Shown here: positions 14,201-31,045 of the stretch, piece after piece
Layout: the number at the start of each line of letters is the position of its first letter
Numbering within the stretch: the first letter of the stretch is position 1
NCBI GenBank assembly: GCA_009914755.4
Contig: CP068257.2
Span: 23,776,001-23,840,000, forward strand
Source: the human T2T-CHM13v2.0 reference genome, Homo sapiens
Length of the DNA: 64,000 nucleotides
Direction: 5' to 3'
Notes under the pieces: model-generated
Told to the model about the DNA's origin: nothing
The model's input: the letters and a program-made list of their open reading frames with translations, nothing else
Database searches by the model: none
Program-made: the position numbers and the translations under genes

Positions 14201-16357
14201 GAAGATGCTGCTTCAGGCCATTTTCTCTAAAAGAGACTTGTAAGTACAGAGGTCATTGAAGTTTCATGAACTTCTTTATCCTTTTTGATCAAGTAGCAGA
14301 TTACCTCTAACTAGTCCACAGCTTCCACATGGAAGATGGACAAACATATAGAAATGGGGAAGAAAGAAGAACCAACACACTTGTCAGCAAATTCAACCTA
14401 AGTCAGCCTCTTTTCAATGGGCTCATGGGAAATGAAGCATTTCCTGGGACACAGAGGAGGGAGAGAAAAATCTCCCATTATTGGGGATTGAACCATAAGA
14501 AAATGTTGTTTCATGGCCCCAAATGGCCAAATACCAACATATTATGTGATCCAACTAAATCACAATGGTATAATCAAACAAGTTATTCTGATTATTACCA
14601 ATAGAGACACTAAAATTTTGGCTGTGTATTAAACCCTCTTGCTTTTCACATCTTCTCAATGTATTTATTTTATAGCACATCTGGAACAATCCTTTTATTT
14701 ATTAATGAAGATCGTCTCAATTGCCAAAGTCTATATTTTTCTTCCACTTAATGAAAAATATCCAAAGTTGCTGGTTATGGGCCCATCAGAGATTATTTTC
14801 TCTTAATCATATTTCATTTAAAAAAAACTAGTCAGTTCATTTTTCTAAAAAAAAAATGCATGTTCAGAAAAAAATACAATCACTGAAAGCCCAAATTTCC
14901 AGTACAATTTAATAACAAAAAAGGACGGAGTGGAGTAGGATAGTCACATGGTTCCTGTTATCCACCCCCAAGCTTAAGAAACAGGGAGGTCTAAAATGTA
15001 GTGTGGAAGAGTAAAAACAGCATGACCTGCTTTCAGTTCCAAGTTCTTCCTTCTACTGATTGTGCAGTCTTGGGCATGCTGATGAATCAAATCAACCTCT
15101 CTGGCTGCACATGGAAATTGAGGAATGAAAATACTTCTGAGGTAGGGTTGATGTGAGCATTGGTTGAGACAATGCCTTCATTTGTTGAGTTTCTGTTATG
15201 TGCCAGCACTTTACTACAACAGAGATGCAATAGTGAAGGAAAAGAGAAACACAAGCCCTTTAAGACTTCTTGGCATTTCTGATCTGACAGGTGGACACAG
15301 ACAATAATCAAAGGATTATATGAATAAATCCCAATTATGGTAAATTCTCTGAAAGAGAATAGTGTCCTGAGAATGAGGGGTGGGAGGGAGAGGGGCAAGT
15401 AAACAGAACAGATTGTATGGCCAGAAAGCATATGATTGGACCAAGGAGAACACAAAAGACCTGTGTAGCTAAATGAGGAGAAGCTAGATGTGAAATGGGG
15501 CGTAGAAATTAGGGTCCAGAAATTAAAACTTTACCGTAGATTTTCTGGGACAATAATTTTTGAACTTTACTCAATAAAATGACAAACAATTCAATATTTT
15601 TAAAGAGTAATGATACGATGAGGCTTGAAATTCAAAATGCCAGCCTTGCTACAGTGCAGATAAGAAATTAGAAAAGGGTCAAAAGGATGCAGGAAGCTAA
15701 TCTATTGATCCAGGTGAGGGACATGGCAACCTTGAATCATGTACTGGAAAAATGATGTCTTACTCTCTAGATTCCTCCTCTCTGAGCAGGGCGTCTCCGA
15801 AAGAAAGGCAGCAGCCCCAGTCAGTGGCTTACTGATAAAACTTCCATCTCCTTGGGACAGAGCACCTGGGGGAAGGGACAGCTATGGGGGCAGCCTCAGC
15901 AGACTTAAATGTTTCTGCCTGCCAGCTCCAAAGAGAGCAGCGGATCTCCCAGCACAGCACTCAAGCTCTGCTAAGGGACAGACTGCCTCCTCAAGTGGGT
16001 CCCTGACCCTCGTGCCTCCTGACTGGGAGACACCTCCCAGCAGGGGTCAACAGACATGTCATACAGCAGAGCTCTGGCTGGCATCCAGTGGGTGCCCCTC
16101 TGGGAGGAAGCTTCCAGAGGAAGGAACAGGCAGCAATCTAGGCTGTTCTGCAGCCTCTGCAGGAGATACCCAGGAAACAGGGTCTGGAATAGACCTCCAG
16201 CAAACTCCAGCAGACCTGCAGTAGAGGGGCCTGACTGTTAAAAGGAAAACTAACAAACAGAAAGGAAGAACATCAACATCAACAAAAAAGATGTCCAAAC
16301 GAAACCCCATCCGAAGGTCACCAACATCAAAGAACAAAGGTAGATGAATAAATGAAG

Positions 16358-17404
16358 ATGAAGAAAAACCAGGCCAAAAAGGCTGAAAATTCCAAAAACC
16401 AGAACACCTGTTTTCCTCCAAACGATCACAACTCTTCGCCAGCAAGAGAACAAAACTGGACGGAGAATGAGTTTGATGAATTGACAGAAGTAGGCTTCAG
16501 AAGGTAGGTAATAACAAACTCTACTGAGCTAAAGGAGCATGTTCTAACCCAATGCAAGGAAGCTAAGAACCTTGAAAAATGGTTACAGGAATTGCTAACT
16601 AGAATAACCAGTTTAGAGAAGAACATAAATGACCTGATGGAGCTGCAAAACACAGCACGAGAACTTCGTGAAGCATATACAAGTATCAATACCTGAATCA
16701 ATCAAGCAGAAGAAAGGATATCAAAGATTGAAGATCAACTTAATGAAATAAAGCGTGAAGACAAGATTAGAGAAAAAAGAATGAAAAGGAAAGAACAAAG
16801 CCTCCAAGAAATATGGAACTATGTGAAAAGACCAAACCTGTGTTTGATTGGTGTACCTGAAAGTGACTGGGAGAATGGAACCAAGTTGGAAAACACTCTT
16901 CAGGATATGATCCAGGAGAACTTCCCCAACCTAGCGAGACAGGCTGACATTCAAATTCAGGAAATACAGAGAACACCACAAAGATAAGTCTTGAAAGAGC
17001 AACCCCCAAGACAAATAATCATCAGATTCACCAAGGTTGAAATGAAGGAAAAAATGTTAAGGGCAGCAAGAGAGAAAGGTCAGGTTACACACAAAAAGAA
17101 GCCCATCAGACTAACAGTGAATCTCTTGGCAGAAACCCTACAAGCCAGAAGAGAGTGGGGACCAATAGTCACCATTCTTAAAGAAAAGAATTTTCAACCC
17201 AGAATAGCAGATCCAGCCAAACTAAGCTTCATAAGTGAAGGAGAAATAAAATTCTTTACACACAAGCAAATGCTGAGAGATTTTGTCACCACCAGGCCTG
17301 CCTTACAATAGCTCCTGAAAAAAGCACTAAATATGGAAAAGAAAAACCACACCAGCCCCTGTAAAAACATACCAAATTGTAAAAACCATCAACACTATAA
17401 AGAA
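16358..17404 (+). pseudogene. L1 ORF1 remnant (ORF1p-like RNA-binding protein), disrupted
   Basis: Aligns to L1PA ORF1 from atgaagaaaaaccaggcc (cf. atggggaaaaaacagaac) through ...TTRPAL. Premature stops (tagatgaataaatga; TAG at ~17309) and no single long frame in the ORF track. Confidence 0.85.
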
Positions 17405-17444
17405 ACTGCATCAACTAACGGGCAAAATAACCAGCTAGCATCAT

Positions 17445-21284
<3,840 letters not shown>

Positions 21285-21493
21285 ACAATTAGAACACATG
21301 GACATAGGGAGGGGAACATTACACACTGGGGCCTGTCGGGGGTTGGGGGCCTAGGTGAGGGATAGCATTAGGAGAAATACCTAATGTCGATGATGGGTTG
21401 ATAGGTGCAGCAAACCACCATGGCATGTGTATACCTAGGTAACAAACCTGCACATTCTGCACATGTATCCCAGAACTTAAAGTATAAAAAAAA

Positions 21494-21824
<331 letters not shown>

Positions 21825-23074
21825 TTAACATCTTTTACTCTTCCTTTTTTAAAAAAAAATCTCTATCTCTCTATGTATGCTATAGAGAAAACATTTTTGT
21901 ATTTCCTTCAAATTCCCTAATTCTCTTTTTAATTATGCCCAGTCAAGTTATTATCCTGTTGAATTTATTAGATCAACTATAAGAAAAAAAAACTAATGTA
22001 TTGATGTGTTGGGTTGAATGTGGAGAATAAAGGGAAGGGATAAGAGCTAACTCAAAAGTTTCAGGCTTTGGAACTAGATACAAGTTTGAAACACTGAAAA
22101 AGAACAAGATGTGTGATAGGAGGCCTTGGAGATTGTGATATTTTGGGGGACATGTTGAAAATGGGATGTTTCTGAGACATACAAGTGGAAGAATCAACCA
22201 GGCACCTAATTATTCATGTCTGGAGCTCAGTAGGAAAGCCAGCACTACAAAGACAAATTGTGAATTCTATGATGTCTTTGTATTAACTCAGGCTGTACAT
22301 GAAAGTGTAAAGAGATTTCCTAGCAGGGAGAGCATAGAGTGTGAAGAGGAGAGACAAAGATTGAGCTCGACCCAGGAAAGGACGGAATGTGCAAAGGAGT
22401 CAGAGACAGAGCATCTCAGGCAGTAAGAGCAAACCAAAAAACAATCATGATAAAAATTCATTATTTTAAAAAGGAGACTGTGGCTACAACCACCACTAAC
22501 ATTTCTTCCTCTGCTGTCTCCACATTGTAAAAGGAACATAAACTCAGATTGCCCCAGAGCCGTGGTGGGCAGTTCAGGAGTGCCAAGCTGGGCTCTACAG
22601 CCAGCACTCAAGTGGGAGAGGAGCCTACACTCAGAGTATTGAGAGGGGCATGGCTGCAACTGTGAGAAAATATAAGGAAGCCACATGACTGAGCAAGAGC
22701 CCACCAACTGATCAATACACCTAAGTACCACCTACTCGATCACACCTCAAGGCTTCAACACCAAAAATACCTCATTAACAGACTCCTTTGAGAAACCAAA
22801 GACAAAAAGTCAGCTACAAATAAAGACCCTGCACAAAGGCTCAGCTCCATGAAAACACACAGAAAAGAAGTTTATTGACTGTATCAATCTACACTACAGT
22901 TAAAGGAACACCCACATGCAGAGATGAGAAAGAACCAATGCAAGAATACTGGTAACCGGTAACTCAAATGGTCAGAGTGTCATATGTCCTCCAGATGATT
23001 GCACCTGTTCTCCAGCAAGGGTTCTTAACCCTGTTGAGCTGGCTGGAATGACAGTATTCAGAACATAAATAGAA

Positions 23075-23900
23075 ATGAAGATCATCGAGATTCAGGAGAG
23101 TGGCAAAGCCCAATCCAAGGAAACTAAAAACCACAATAAAATGATACAGAAGATGAAAGATGAAATAGCCAGTATATATAAGAACCTGAGAGAGCTGACA
23201 GAGCTGAGAAACACACTAAAAGAATTTCACAACACAATTACAAGTATTAATAGCAGAACAGACCAAGCTAAAGAAAGAAAATTAGAACTTGAAGCCTGGT
23301 TCTCTGAAATAAGACAGTCAGACAAAAATAAAGAAAAAACAATGAAAAGGAATGCACAAAACCTCCAAGAAATATGGAATCGTGTAAAGAGGCCAAATAT
23401 ATGAATCACTGGCATCCCTAAAAGGGACGAGGGGAAAGCAAACAACTTAAAAAACATATTTTAGGATATCGTCTATGCAAACTACCTCACCTTGCTAGAG
23501 AGGCCAAAAGTCAAACTCAGGAAATACAGAGAACCCCTGCAAGATTCTCCCCAACACACATAATCATCAGAATTTTCCAAGGTTGAAATGAAAGGCAGAA
23601 TGATAAAGACAGCTAGAGAGAAAGGGCAGGTCACCTGCAAAAAGAGAACACCATCAGGATAACAGCAAATCTCTCAGCTGTAACCCTACAAGCAAGAAGA
23701 GATTGGGAGCCTATATTCAACATTTTTAAGGAAGAAATCTTCAACCAAGAATTTCACATCAAGCCAAACTAAGCTCCCTAAGCAAAGGAGAAGTAAGATC
23801 CTTTTCAGATAAGCAAATGATAAGAGAGTTTATTACCACCAGACCTGCCTTACAAGAGATCTTGAAAGCACTAAATATAGAAAGAAAAGACCACTACCGG
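23075..23900 (+). pseudogene. L1 ORF1 remnant of the older L1
   Basis: A 109-aa ORF with coiled-coil-type L1 ORF1p similarity. Its C-terminal half is broken (ggttgaaatgaaaggcagaatgataaagacagctagagagaaagggcaggtcacc...). Confidence 0.8.
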
Positions 23901-23987
23901 CCAATACAAAAACACTTAAATACACAGACCAGTAACACTATAAAGCACAATACAAACAAACCAGCATAGTAACCAGCTAACAACACA

Positions 23988-26900
23988 ATGAAAAGATCAA
24001 AACCACACATGTCAATACTAACCCTGAATATAAACAGGCTAAATGGCTCCATTTAAACGGTACAGAATGGCAAGCTGGATAAAAAGGCAAAACTCAATGG
24101 TATGCTGCAAGAGACCAATCTCACACATAATGACACCCAAAGGCTCAAAATAAAAATAAAAAAATGGAGGCAAATCTACCAAGCAAGTGGAAATCAGAAA
24201 AAATCAGGGGTTGAAATCCTAATCTTAGACAAAACAGACTTTAAATCAATAAGGCTTTTAAAAAAAAGACAAAGAAGGGCATTACATAATGTAAAGAGTT
24301 CAATTCAACAAGAGTTCAATTCAACAATTTAACTATCCTAAATACATGTGCACCCAACATAGGGGCATCCAGATTAATAAAGCAAGTTCTTAGAGTCATA
24401 CAAAGAGACTTAGACTCCCACACAATAATAGAGACTTCAACATTCCACTGAAAGTATTAGACAAATCATTGAGGCAGAAAATTAACAAAGATATTCATGA
24501 CCTGAACTCAACATTGGACCAAATGGATCTGCTAGACCTGTACAGAACTTTCCACCCAAAAACAACAGAATATACATTCTTCTCATCGCCACATGGCACA
24601 CACGCTAAAATTGACCACATAATTGGACATAAAACAATCCTCAGCAAATGCAAAAAAAATTATACCAAACACACTCTTGGACCACAGTGCAATAAATATA
24701 GAAGTCAAGACTAAAAAAAAAATTGCCCCAAACCATGTAATTACATGGAAATTAAACAACATGTTCCTGAATGACTTTTGGGTACATAATGAAATTAAGT
24801 CAGATGTCAAGAAATTATTTGAAACTAATGAGAACAAAGCTACAACATACCGGAATATCTGGGATACAGCTAAGGCAGTGTAAAGAGGGAAGTTTATAGC
24901 ACTAAACACCCATGAAAAAAAGTTAGAAAGATTTCAAATTAACAAGCTAACATCACAGATGAAAGAATTAGAGAAGCAAGAGCAAATCAATCCCAAAGTT
25001 AGCAGAAGACAAGAAATAACAAAAATCAGACCTAAACTGAAGGAAATTGAAACCAAAAAACCCTTAAAAGATCAATGAATCCAGGAACTGGAATTTTGAA
25101 AAAATTACTAACATAGAGCACTAGCTAGACTAATAAAGAAAAAAAGAGAATAAATCCAAATAAACACAATTAGAAATGATGGAAAGGATACACCACTGGC
25201 CCCACAGAAATAAAGATAACCATCAGAAACTACTGCAAACACCTCTACACACACACACTAGAAAACCTAGAAGATATGGATAAATCCCTGGAAACATATG
25301 CTTTCCCAAGGCTGAGCCAGAAAGAAATCGATTCCCTGCACAAACCAATAATGAGCTCTGAAACTGAATGAATAATAAATAGCCTACCAAGAAAAATAAA
25401 AAGGACAAGATGGATTCACAGTAGAATTCTACCAGATGTACAGAGAGAGCTGGTACCATTCCTACTGAAACTATCACCAAAAATTGAGGAAAGGGGACTC
25501 CTCCCCAACTCATTCCATGAGGCTAGCATTATCCTGATACCAAAACCTGGCAGAGACACAACGAAAAAAGAAAACTTCAGGCCAATATCCTTGATGAACA
25601 TTGATGCAAAACCAACATCCTTGATGAACACTGATGCAAAAATCCTCAACAAAATACTTGTAAACAAAACGCAGCAGCACATCAAAAAGCTAGTCTACCA
25701 CAGTCAAGTAAACTTCATCCTTGGGATGCAAAGTTGGTTCAATGTACACAAACCAATAAATCTAATTCATCACATAAACAGAACTAAAGGAAACAAACAT
25801 GATTATCTCCATAGATGCAGTAAAAGTTTTTGATAAAATTCAACATCTCTTCGTGTTAAAAACTCTCAATTCACTAAATATTGAAGGAATATACCTCAAA
25901 ATAATAAGAGCCACCTACAACAAACCCACAAACGACAGCATACTGAACAGGGAAAAGCTGAAATCATTCCCCTGGAAAACTGGCACAACACAAGAACGCC
26001 CTCCCTCACCACTCCTGTTCAACATATTATTGGAAGGTCTGGCCAGAACAATCAGGCAAGAGAAAGAAATAAAGCATATTTAAATAGGAAGAGAAGAATT
26101 AAAAGTATCCGTTTTTGCAAATGACATGTTTTTATATCTAGAAAACCCCATAGTCTCAGCCTAAAATCTCCTTCAAATGATAAACAACTTCAGCAATGTT
26201 GCAGGATACAAAATCAATGTACAAAAATCACTAGCATTTCTATACACCAACAACAGCCTAGCTGAGAGCCAAATCAGGAATTGAATCCCATTCACAATTA
26301 CCACAAAAAGAATAAAATATCTAGGAATACAGCAAACCATGGAGGTGAAAGATCTCTACAATGGGAATTCCAAAGTGCTGCTCAAAGAAATCAGTGATGA
26401 CACACACAAAAAATATGAAAACATCCCATGGTCATGGACAGGAAGAATCAATATCATTAAAATGGCCATACTGCCCAAAGCAATTTACAGATTCAACGCC
26501 ATTCCTGTCAAACTACCAGTGACATTCTTCACAGAACTAAGAAAAAAAAACTATTTTAAAATTTATATGGAACCAAAAGAGGGCCCAAATGGCCAAGGCA
26601 ATCCTAAATGAAAAGAACAAAACTGGAGGCATCATGTTACCCAACTCCAAACTATACTATGTGGCTACAATAACCAAAACAGTATGGTACTGGTACAAAA
26701 ACAGACACATAGACCAATGGAACAGAATAGAGAGCCCAGAAACAAGCCCACACACCTATGACTGTCTTTGACAAAGCTGACAAAAACAAGCAATGGGGAA
26801 AGGACTCCCTATTAAATAAATGGTGCTGGGATAACAGGCTAGTCATAAGCAGAAGATTGAAACTGGACTCCTTTTTTACATCATATACAAAAATCAACTC

Positions 26901-27840
26901 AAGATAAATTAAAGATTTAAATGTAGAACCCAAAAACTATAAAAACCCTAGACAACTTAGGCAATACCATCCTGGACACAGGAATGGGCAAAGATTTTAT
27001 GACAAAGACAGTAAAAGCAATCATAACAAAAGCAAAAATTAACAAATGGGATCTAATTAAACTTAAGAGCTTCTGTACAGCAAAAGAAACTATCAACAGA
27101 GTAAACAGACAACCTACAGAATGGGAGAAAATATTTGCAAACTATGCATCTGGCAAAGGTCTAATATCCAACATCTGTAAGGAACTTAAACAAATTTACG
27201 GAAAAAAGCAAACAATCCCATTGAAAAGTGGACAAAAGACATAAACAGGTATTTTTCTAGAAAAGACATACATGCAGCCAAAAAGCATATTTTAAAAAGC
27301 TCAGTATTGCTGATCATTAGAGAAATGCAAATTAAAACCACAATGAGATATTGTCTCACACCAGTCAGAATGGTTATTATAAAAAAGTCGAAAACTTACA
27401 GATGCTGGCAAGGATGTGAAGAAAAAGGAACACTTATACACTATTGGTGGTAACGTAAATTAGCGCAACCATTGTGGAAAGCAATACGGTGGTTTCTCAA
27501 AGAGCTAAAAGCAGAACCACTGTTGGACACAGCAATTCCATTACTGGGTATATACCCAGAGGAATATAAATCATTCTACCATAAAGACACACGCATGTAA
27601 ATGTTCATTGCAGCACTATTCACAATAGCAAAGATATGGAATCAACCTAAATGCCCAACAATGACAGATTGGATCAAGAAGATGTAGTACACATACACCA
27701 TGGAATACTATGCAGCTATAAAAGAGAATGAGATAATGTCTCTTGCAGAACATAGATGGAGCTGGAGGATATTATCCTAGGCAAACTAATGCAGGAACAG
27801 AAAACCAAATACCACATGCTCTCACTTATAAGTGGGAGCT
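23988..27840 (+). pseudogene. L1 ORF2 remnant of the older L1
   Basis: Starts atgaaaagatcaaaaccacacatgtcaatactaaccctgaatataaacagg. EN, RT and C-terminal domain peptides are scattered over many frames. Ends at ...ctcacttataagtgggagctaa. Confidence 0.85.
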
Positions 27841-28479
27841 AAATGAGGAGAACTCATGAACATAAAGGGAACAACAGACATTAGGGCCTATTTCAGGGTA
27901 GAGGGTGGGAAGAAGGAGAGGAGGAGAAAAAAATAGCTATTGGGTACTAGGCCTAGCACCTAGGTGATAAAATTATCTGTACAACAAACCCCCATGACAC
28001 GAGAGCTTACCTATAAAACAAACCTGCACATGTACTCTCGAATCTAAATTAAAAGTTTAAATAGTAGAAAATCACAAAATTTAAAAAAAGAAAATAGCCA
28101 TACTTACCATGCTTATGGATTTGCTGGTGTTCATACTTCTTAAGGGTAGAATATTTTAAACAATTGGGAGAGGAATGGGACCAGGTAGGAGCTTCCCTTT
28201 GGCATAGCTTCCATTCCATAGAAAAAGAAGAATCAAACAAGAAGGACAAAACACCCAATGAAGCGATCCATTGATGTGCTTTGTGTAAACGCAATTGAAA
28301 GCTTAGAATCCAAATATTTTATGAGCACAAAGTGTAAGATAATCACCAAACATGGACTAAGCCTTTGAACTTTGGATAAATATTTTTTAATCTTTGATAG
28401 ACTTCCATCTACAGGCAGAAATAAAAACAAAAGTCAATTTGGTATTGATCAATTGCTAAGTTTTCACTGGAAATTTCAA

Positions 28480-28860
28480 CTAAAGGTAACTCACTTTTAT
28501 AAAAATATGAACAAATTAAAACCAAAATTAGTAGAAAGAGTGAAGTAATAAAGCTCAGAACAGAAATAAATGAAATAAAGATTTTTAAATAATTTATAAG
28601 ATCAACAAAATAGTTATTTTTTGAAAAGATGAACAAAATTGACTAACATTTATATAGAATAACTAAGATAAAATTGAAAAGACTCAAATAAATAAAATCA
28701 GAGGTGAAAAAGAAGACATTTTGACCAACACTAAAGAAATACAAACGATCATAAGAAGGTATCATGAGTGGCTATATGTAAACAAAACTGAAAACATAGA
28801 AGAAATGAATAAATTTTGTTACACATACAACCTACTAAGGTTAAATTATCCTTTCTGATC
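28480..28860 (+). mobile_element. Ancient L1 (L1M-type) ORF2 fragment
   Basis: ...ataaagctcagaacagaaataaatgaaataaag...gaaaagatgaacaaaattgactaa...aaatcagaggtgaaaaagaagacattttgaccaacactaaagaaatacaaacgatcataagaaggtatcatgagtggctatatgtaaacaaaactgaaaacatagaagaaatgaataaatttt matches the L1M ORF2 region (…[38 protein letters not shown]…). Confidence 0.7.
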
Positions 28861-30135
28861 CAAAAAAATAGAATATTAAGAGCAAAAATTATGTAGAATG
28901 TCTGGGACATTTTTCATTTGGATTAATTCACTTTGAATTAAAATAACAGCAACTAAAAGTCATCTGAGGATTCAGTGATAATTCAAATTGCATTTTAGTT
29001 CTAAAGCAATTAACTTTCAAAACTCTCAGTTTTAGAAGGAAACACTATCAAATGGACATGCTGCCTAGGATGGTGCCTTTAGACGAAGGGGCTGAGTAAA
29101 CATTCGATGAATTAATACATGCATTTTGAAATTGATAGTTGCACAGACTATGTTTTGTAAACTGGAGTGTTATAATATGGGAGCTCAATGTATTCAGTTG
29201 AAATTCCTGACTTAGCTACGTACTGTTTGTATAAACTTGAACATTTACTTAATTTTGTTAAGCTGCAGGTCCTACTGTAAAAATATGGGTAAACATTTAA
29301 GTACCTCTCAGGATTTTTTGAGAAGTAAGTAGGTGGCCCACAATAAATAATTTGCATTGTTTTTGGTCAGCAGTAGGCTTTAAAAATCAAATACTATTAT
29401 TAAATAGTAAAATTATGTAAATCTGTATGCTAAATATTAATTTCATGCTTCAGTTCATTTTATTTTGTAATATTTGGATTTTAATGTCTCAACTAGTCCC
29501 CAAAGGAGTGGAATGCAAAATTTGAAGTCTTCTTTGAGTAAATGAACTGTATAAATCTCAATGTCAAGTTTGTTTAAAAAATTGAATTGCTGTGTGACCG
29601 ACAAATGTCTTGCAAATATCTTTTAGTCTTTCATTTTCCCATTTTCAGTGTTTTCACTCCTTCCTCTCTCCTCTCTGGCTCCATTTACACACATTTTAAG
29701 AAATAAAAGCAATATATTAAAAAATGAGGCTGTGTCCTGCAGGGATGGGTGCTGCTGAGATCAGGTAAAATGAGTAAAAGGGATGCCAAGCACTTTGCCA
29801 GACACATGTTGGTCATTCACCAACTGACGCAAAACTCAATGCCAAGTGGTTGAACGCTTAGCCACAGAACATACTGAGACTCTACTGCTGATCTTCCTGT
29901 GGTAAGACAGAAAGGGAAGCCCAAAGAAGAGAGTTACATGTTCCCTCCCTGTGAAATTCATCCCTTTTCAATAATCCCTCGGGGAACTGCCCAGCCCCTC
30001 ATCTGTCCAGTTTTTGGTCAGGCATGACCTTCTTTAACATTTATAGAGATTTACTGTCTCAGATACTATTCTAAATGCTTAAGTGTATGAAATCATTTAA
30101 CCTTTACCACAATCCCATGCAGAAGATCTAATTAC

Positions 30136-30275
30136 TACCCCATTTTACAGATGAAGAAAATGAGGCACAGAGAGGTTAAGTTTCTTGCCCTGCATCACAG
30201 TGAAGTGGCAGAGCAGAGATTCAAACCTAGGCATTCTGATGCAAGGATTTGTGCTTTCATCATCTTACCATCTCT
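30136..30275 (-). mobile_element. MIR SINE (core region), antisense
   Basis: cccattttacagatgaagaaaatgaggcacagagaggttaagtttcttgccctgcatcacagtgaagtggcagagcagagattcaaacctaggcattctgatgcaagg is the classic MIR reverse complement (ccattttacagatgaggaaactgaggcacagagaggttaagtaacttgcccaaggtcacacagctagtaagtggcagagccaggattcgaacccagg). Confidence 0.85.
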
Positions 30276-30698
30276 GCAAAGCCTTCACCAATTGCCTCAA
30301 GCATATTTTACTGTAATTCCTCCATACTCACTTGGAATACATTTGTTTTCATAAATGTCTAGAGCATCACTGTCCAATAGAAATAAAATGTGAGTGATGT
30401 GAGCCACATACATAATTTTGAATGTTCTAGTAGCCACATTTTAAAAAATTAAATGGAACAGGTGAAAATAATTTTAAAGCTATACTTTATTGAACCCAAT
30501 TGTGATGTTTAGTTTTATGTACCAACCTGGCTACCCTATTGTGTCCAGTTGCTTGGTTGAACAAAAGCCTAGATGGCACAATAAAATATTTTTCAGATGT
30601 GATTAACAATTAAATCTGTATAGTAGATTACACTCCATATTGTGCATGGGCCACATCCAATCAGTTGAAGGCCTTAAGAGCTAAGACTGTAACATAGA

Positions 30699-31000
30699 GG
30701 CTGGTGTGGTGGCTCATGCCTGTAATCCCAACACTTTGAGAGGATGAGGCAGGAGGATCACTTATGCCCAGAAGTTCAAGACCAGTCTGGGCAACACAGT
30801 GAGACCCTCCCATCTCTAAAAAAAAATGTTTTAAATTAGCCAGGCATGGTGTCATGTGCCAGTTGTCCCAGCTATTCAGGAGGCTGAGGTGGCAGGATCA
30901 CTTGAGCCTGGTAGGTTGAGGCTGTAGTGAGACATGATTGTGCCACTGCACTCAGCCTGGGCAAAAGAGTGAGATCCTATTTCAAAAAAAAAAAAAAAAA
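30699..31000 (+). mobile_element. Alu SINE (older AluS/J-like) with 12-bp TSD gactgtaacata
   Basis: ggctggtgtggtggctcatgcctgtaatcccaacactttgagaggatgaggcaggaggatcacttatgcccagaagttcaagaccagtctgggcaacacagtgagaccc...gcactcagcctgggcaaaagagtgagatcctatttc + A19. ctaagactgtaacataga precedes the element and gactgtaacataaaa follows the tail. Confidence 0.95.
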
Positions 31001-31045
31001 GACTGTAACATAAAAAATTTACCTGTATTATCTTTGCTAGGACTT

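Larger units (their letters stand above)
22480..28090 (+). mobile_element. Near full-length older L1 (L1PB/L1MA-like, ~5.6 kb): 5'UTR, ORF1, ORF2 and 3'UTR, all degenerate. The 5' boundary is uncertain (22.45-22.75 kb).
   Basis: ORF1 start atgaagatcatcgagattcaggagagtggcaaagcccaatccaaggaa and peptide MKIIEIQESGKAQSKETKNHNKMIQKMKDEIASIYKNLRELTELRNTLKEFHNTITSINSRTDQAKERKLELEAWFSEIRQSDKNKEKTMKRNAQNLQEIWNRVKRPN. ORF2 peptides include ...[38 protein letters not shown]..., ...[25 protein letters not shown]..., ...[24 protein letters not shown]..., ...[33 protein letters not shown].... 3'UTR ...ctcacttataagtgggagctaaatgag...cctataaaacaaacctgcacatgtactctcgaatctaaattaaaagtttaaatag. Confidence 0.9.

Noticed and set aside
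15180-15260. Short patches resembling the MIR 3' region (ttattgagc..ctactatgtgccaggcactg-like), also at ~38470-38540 and ~46500-46640
   Set aside because: The matches are only ~40-70 bp and diverged. They are plausible MIR or other ancient SINE relics, but I cannot support a call without an alignment score.
15739-16224. Longest ORF in the window (161 aa, + strand)
   Set aside because: It lies entirely within the L1PA 5'UTR remnant (…cagactgcctcctcaagtgggtccctgaccc…) upstream of the true ORF1 start. L1 5'UTR sense ORFs of this kind are not known to be coding, and it has no homology I recognise.
22166-22731. ORFs of 86 aa (+) and 147 aa (-) just upstream of the older L1 ORF1
   Set aside because: They fall in what is most likely the degenerate 5'UTR of the L1PB/L1MA-like copy or an adjacent ancient repeat. 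There is no recognisable domain and no compositional evidence of coding.
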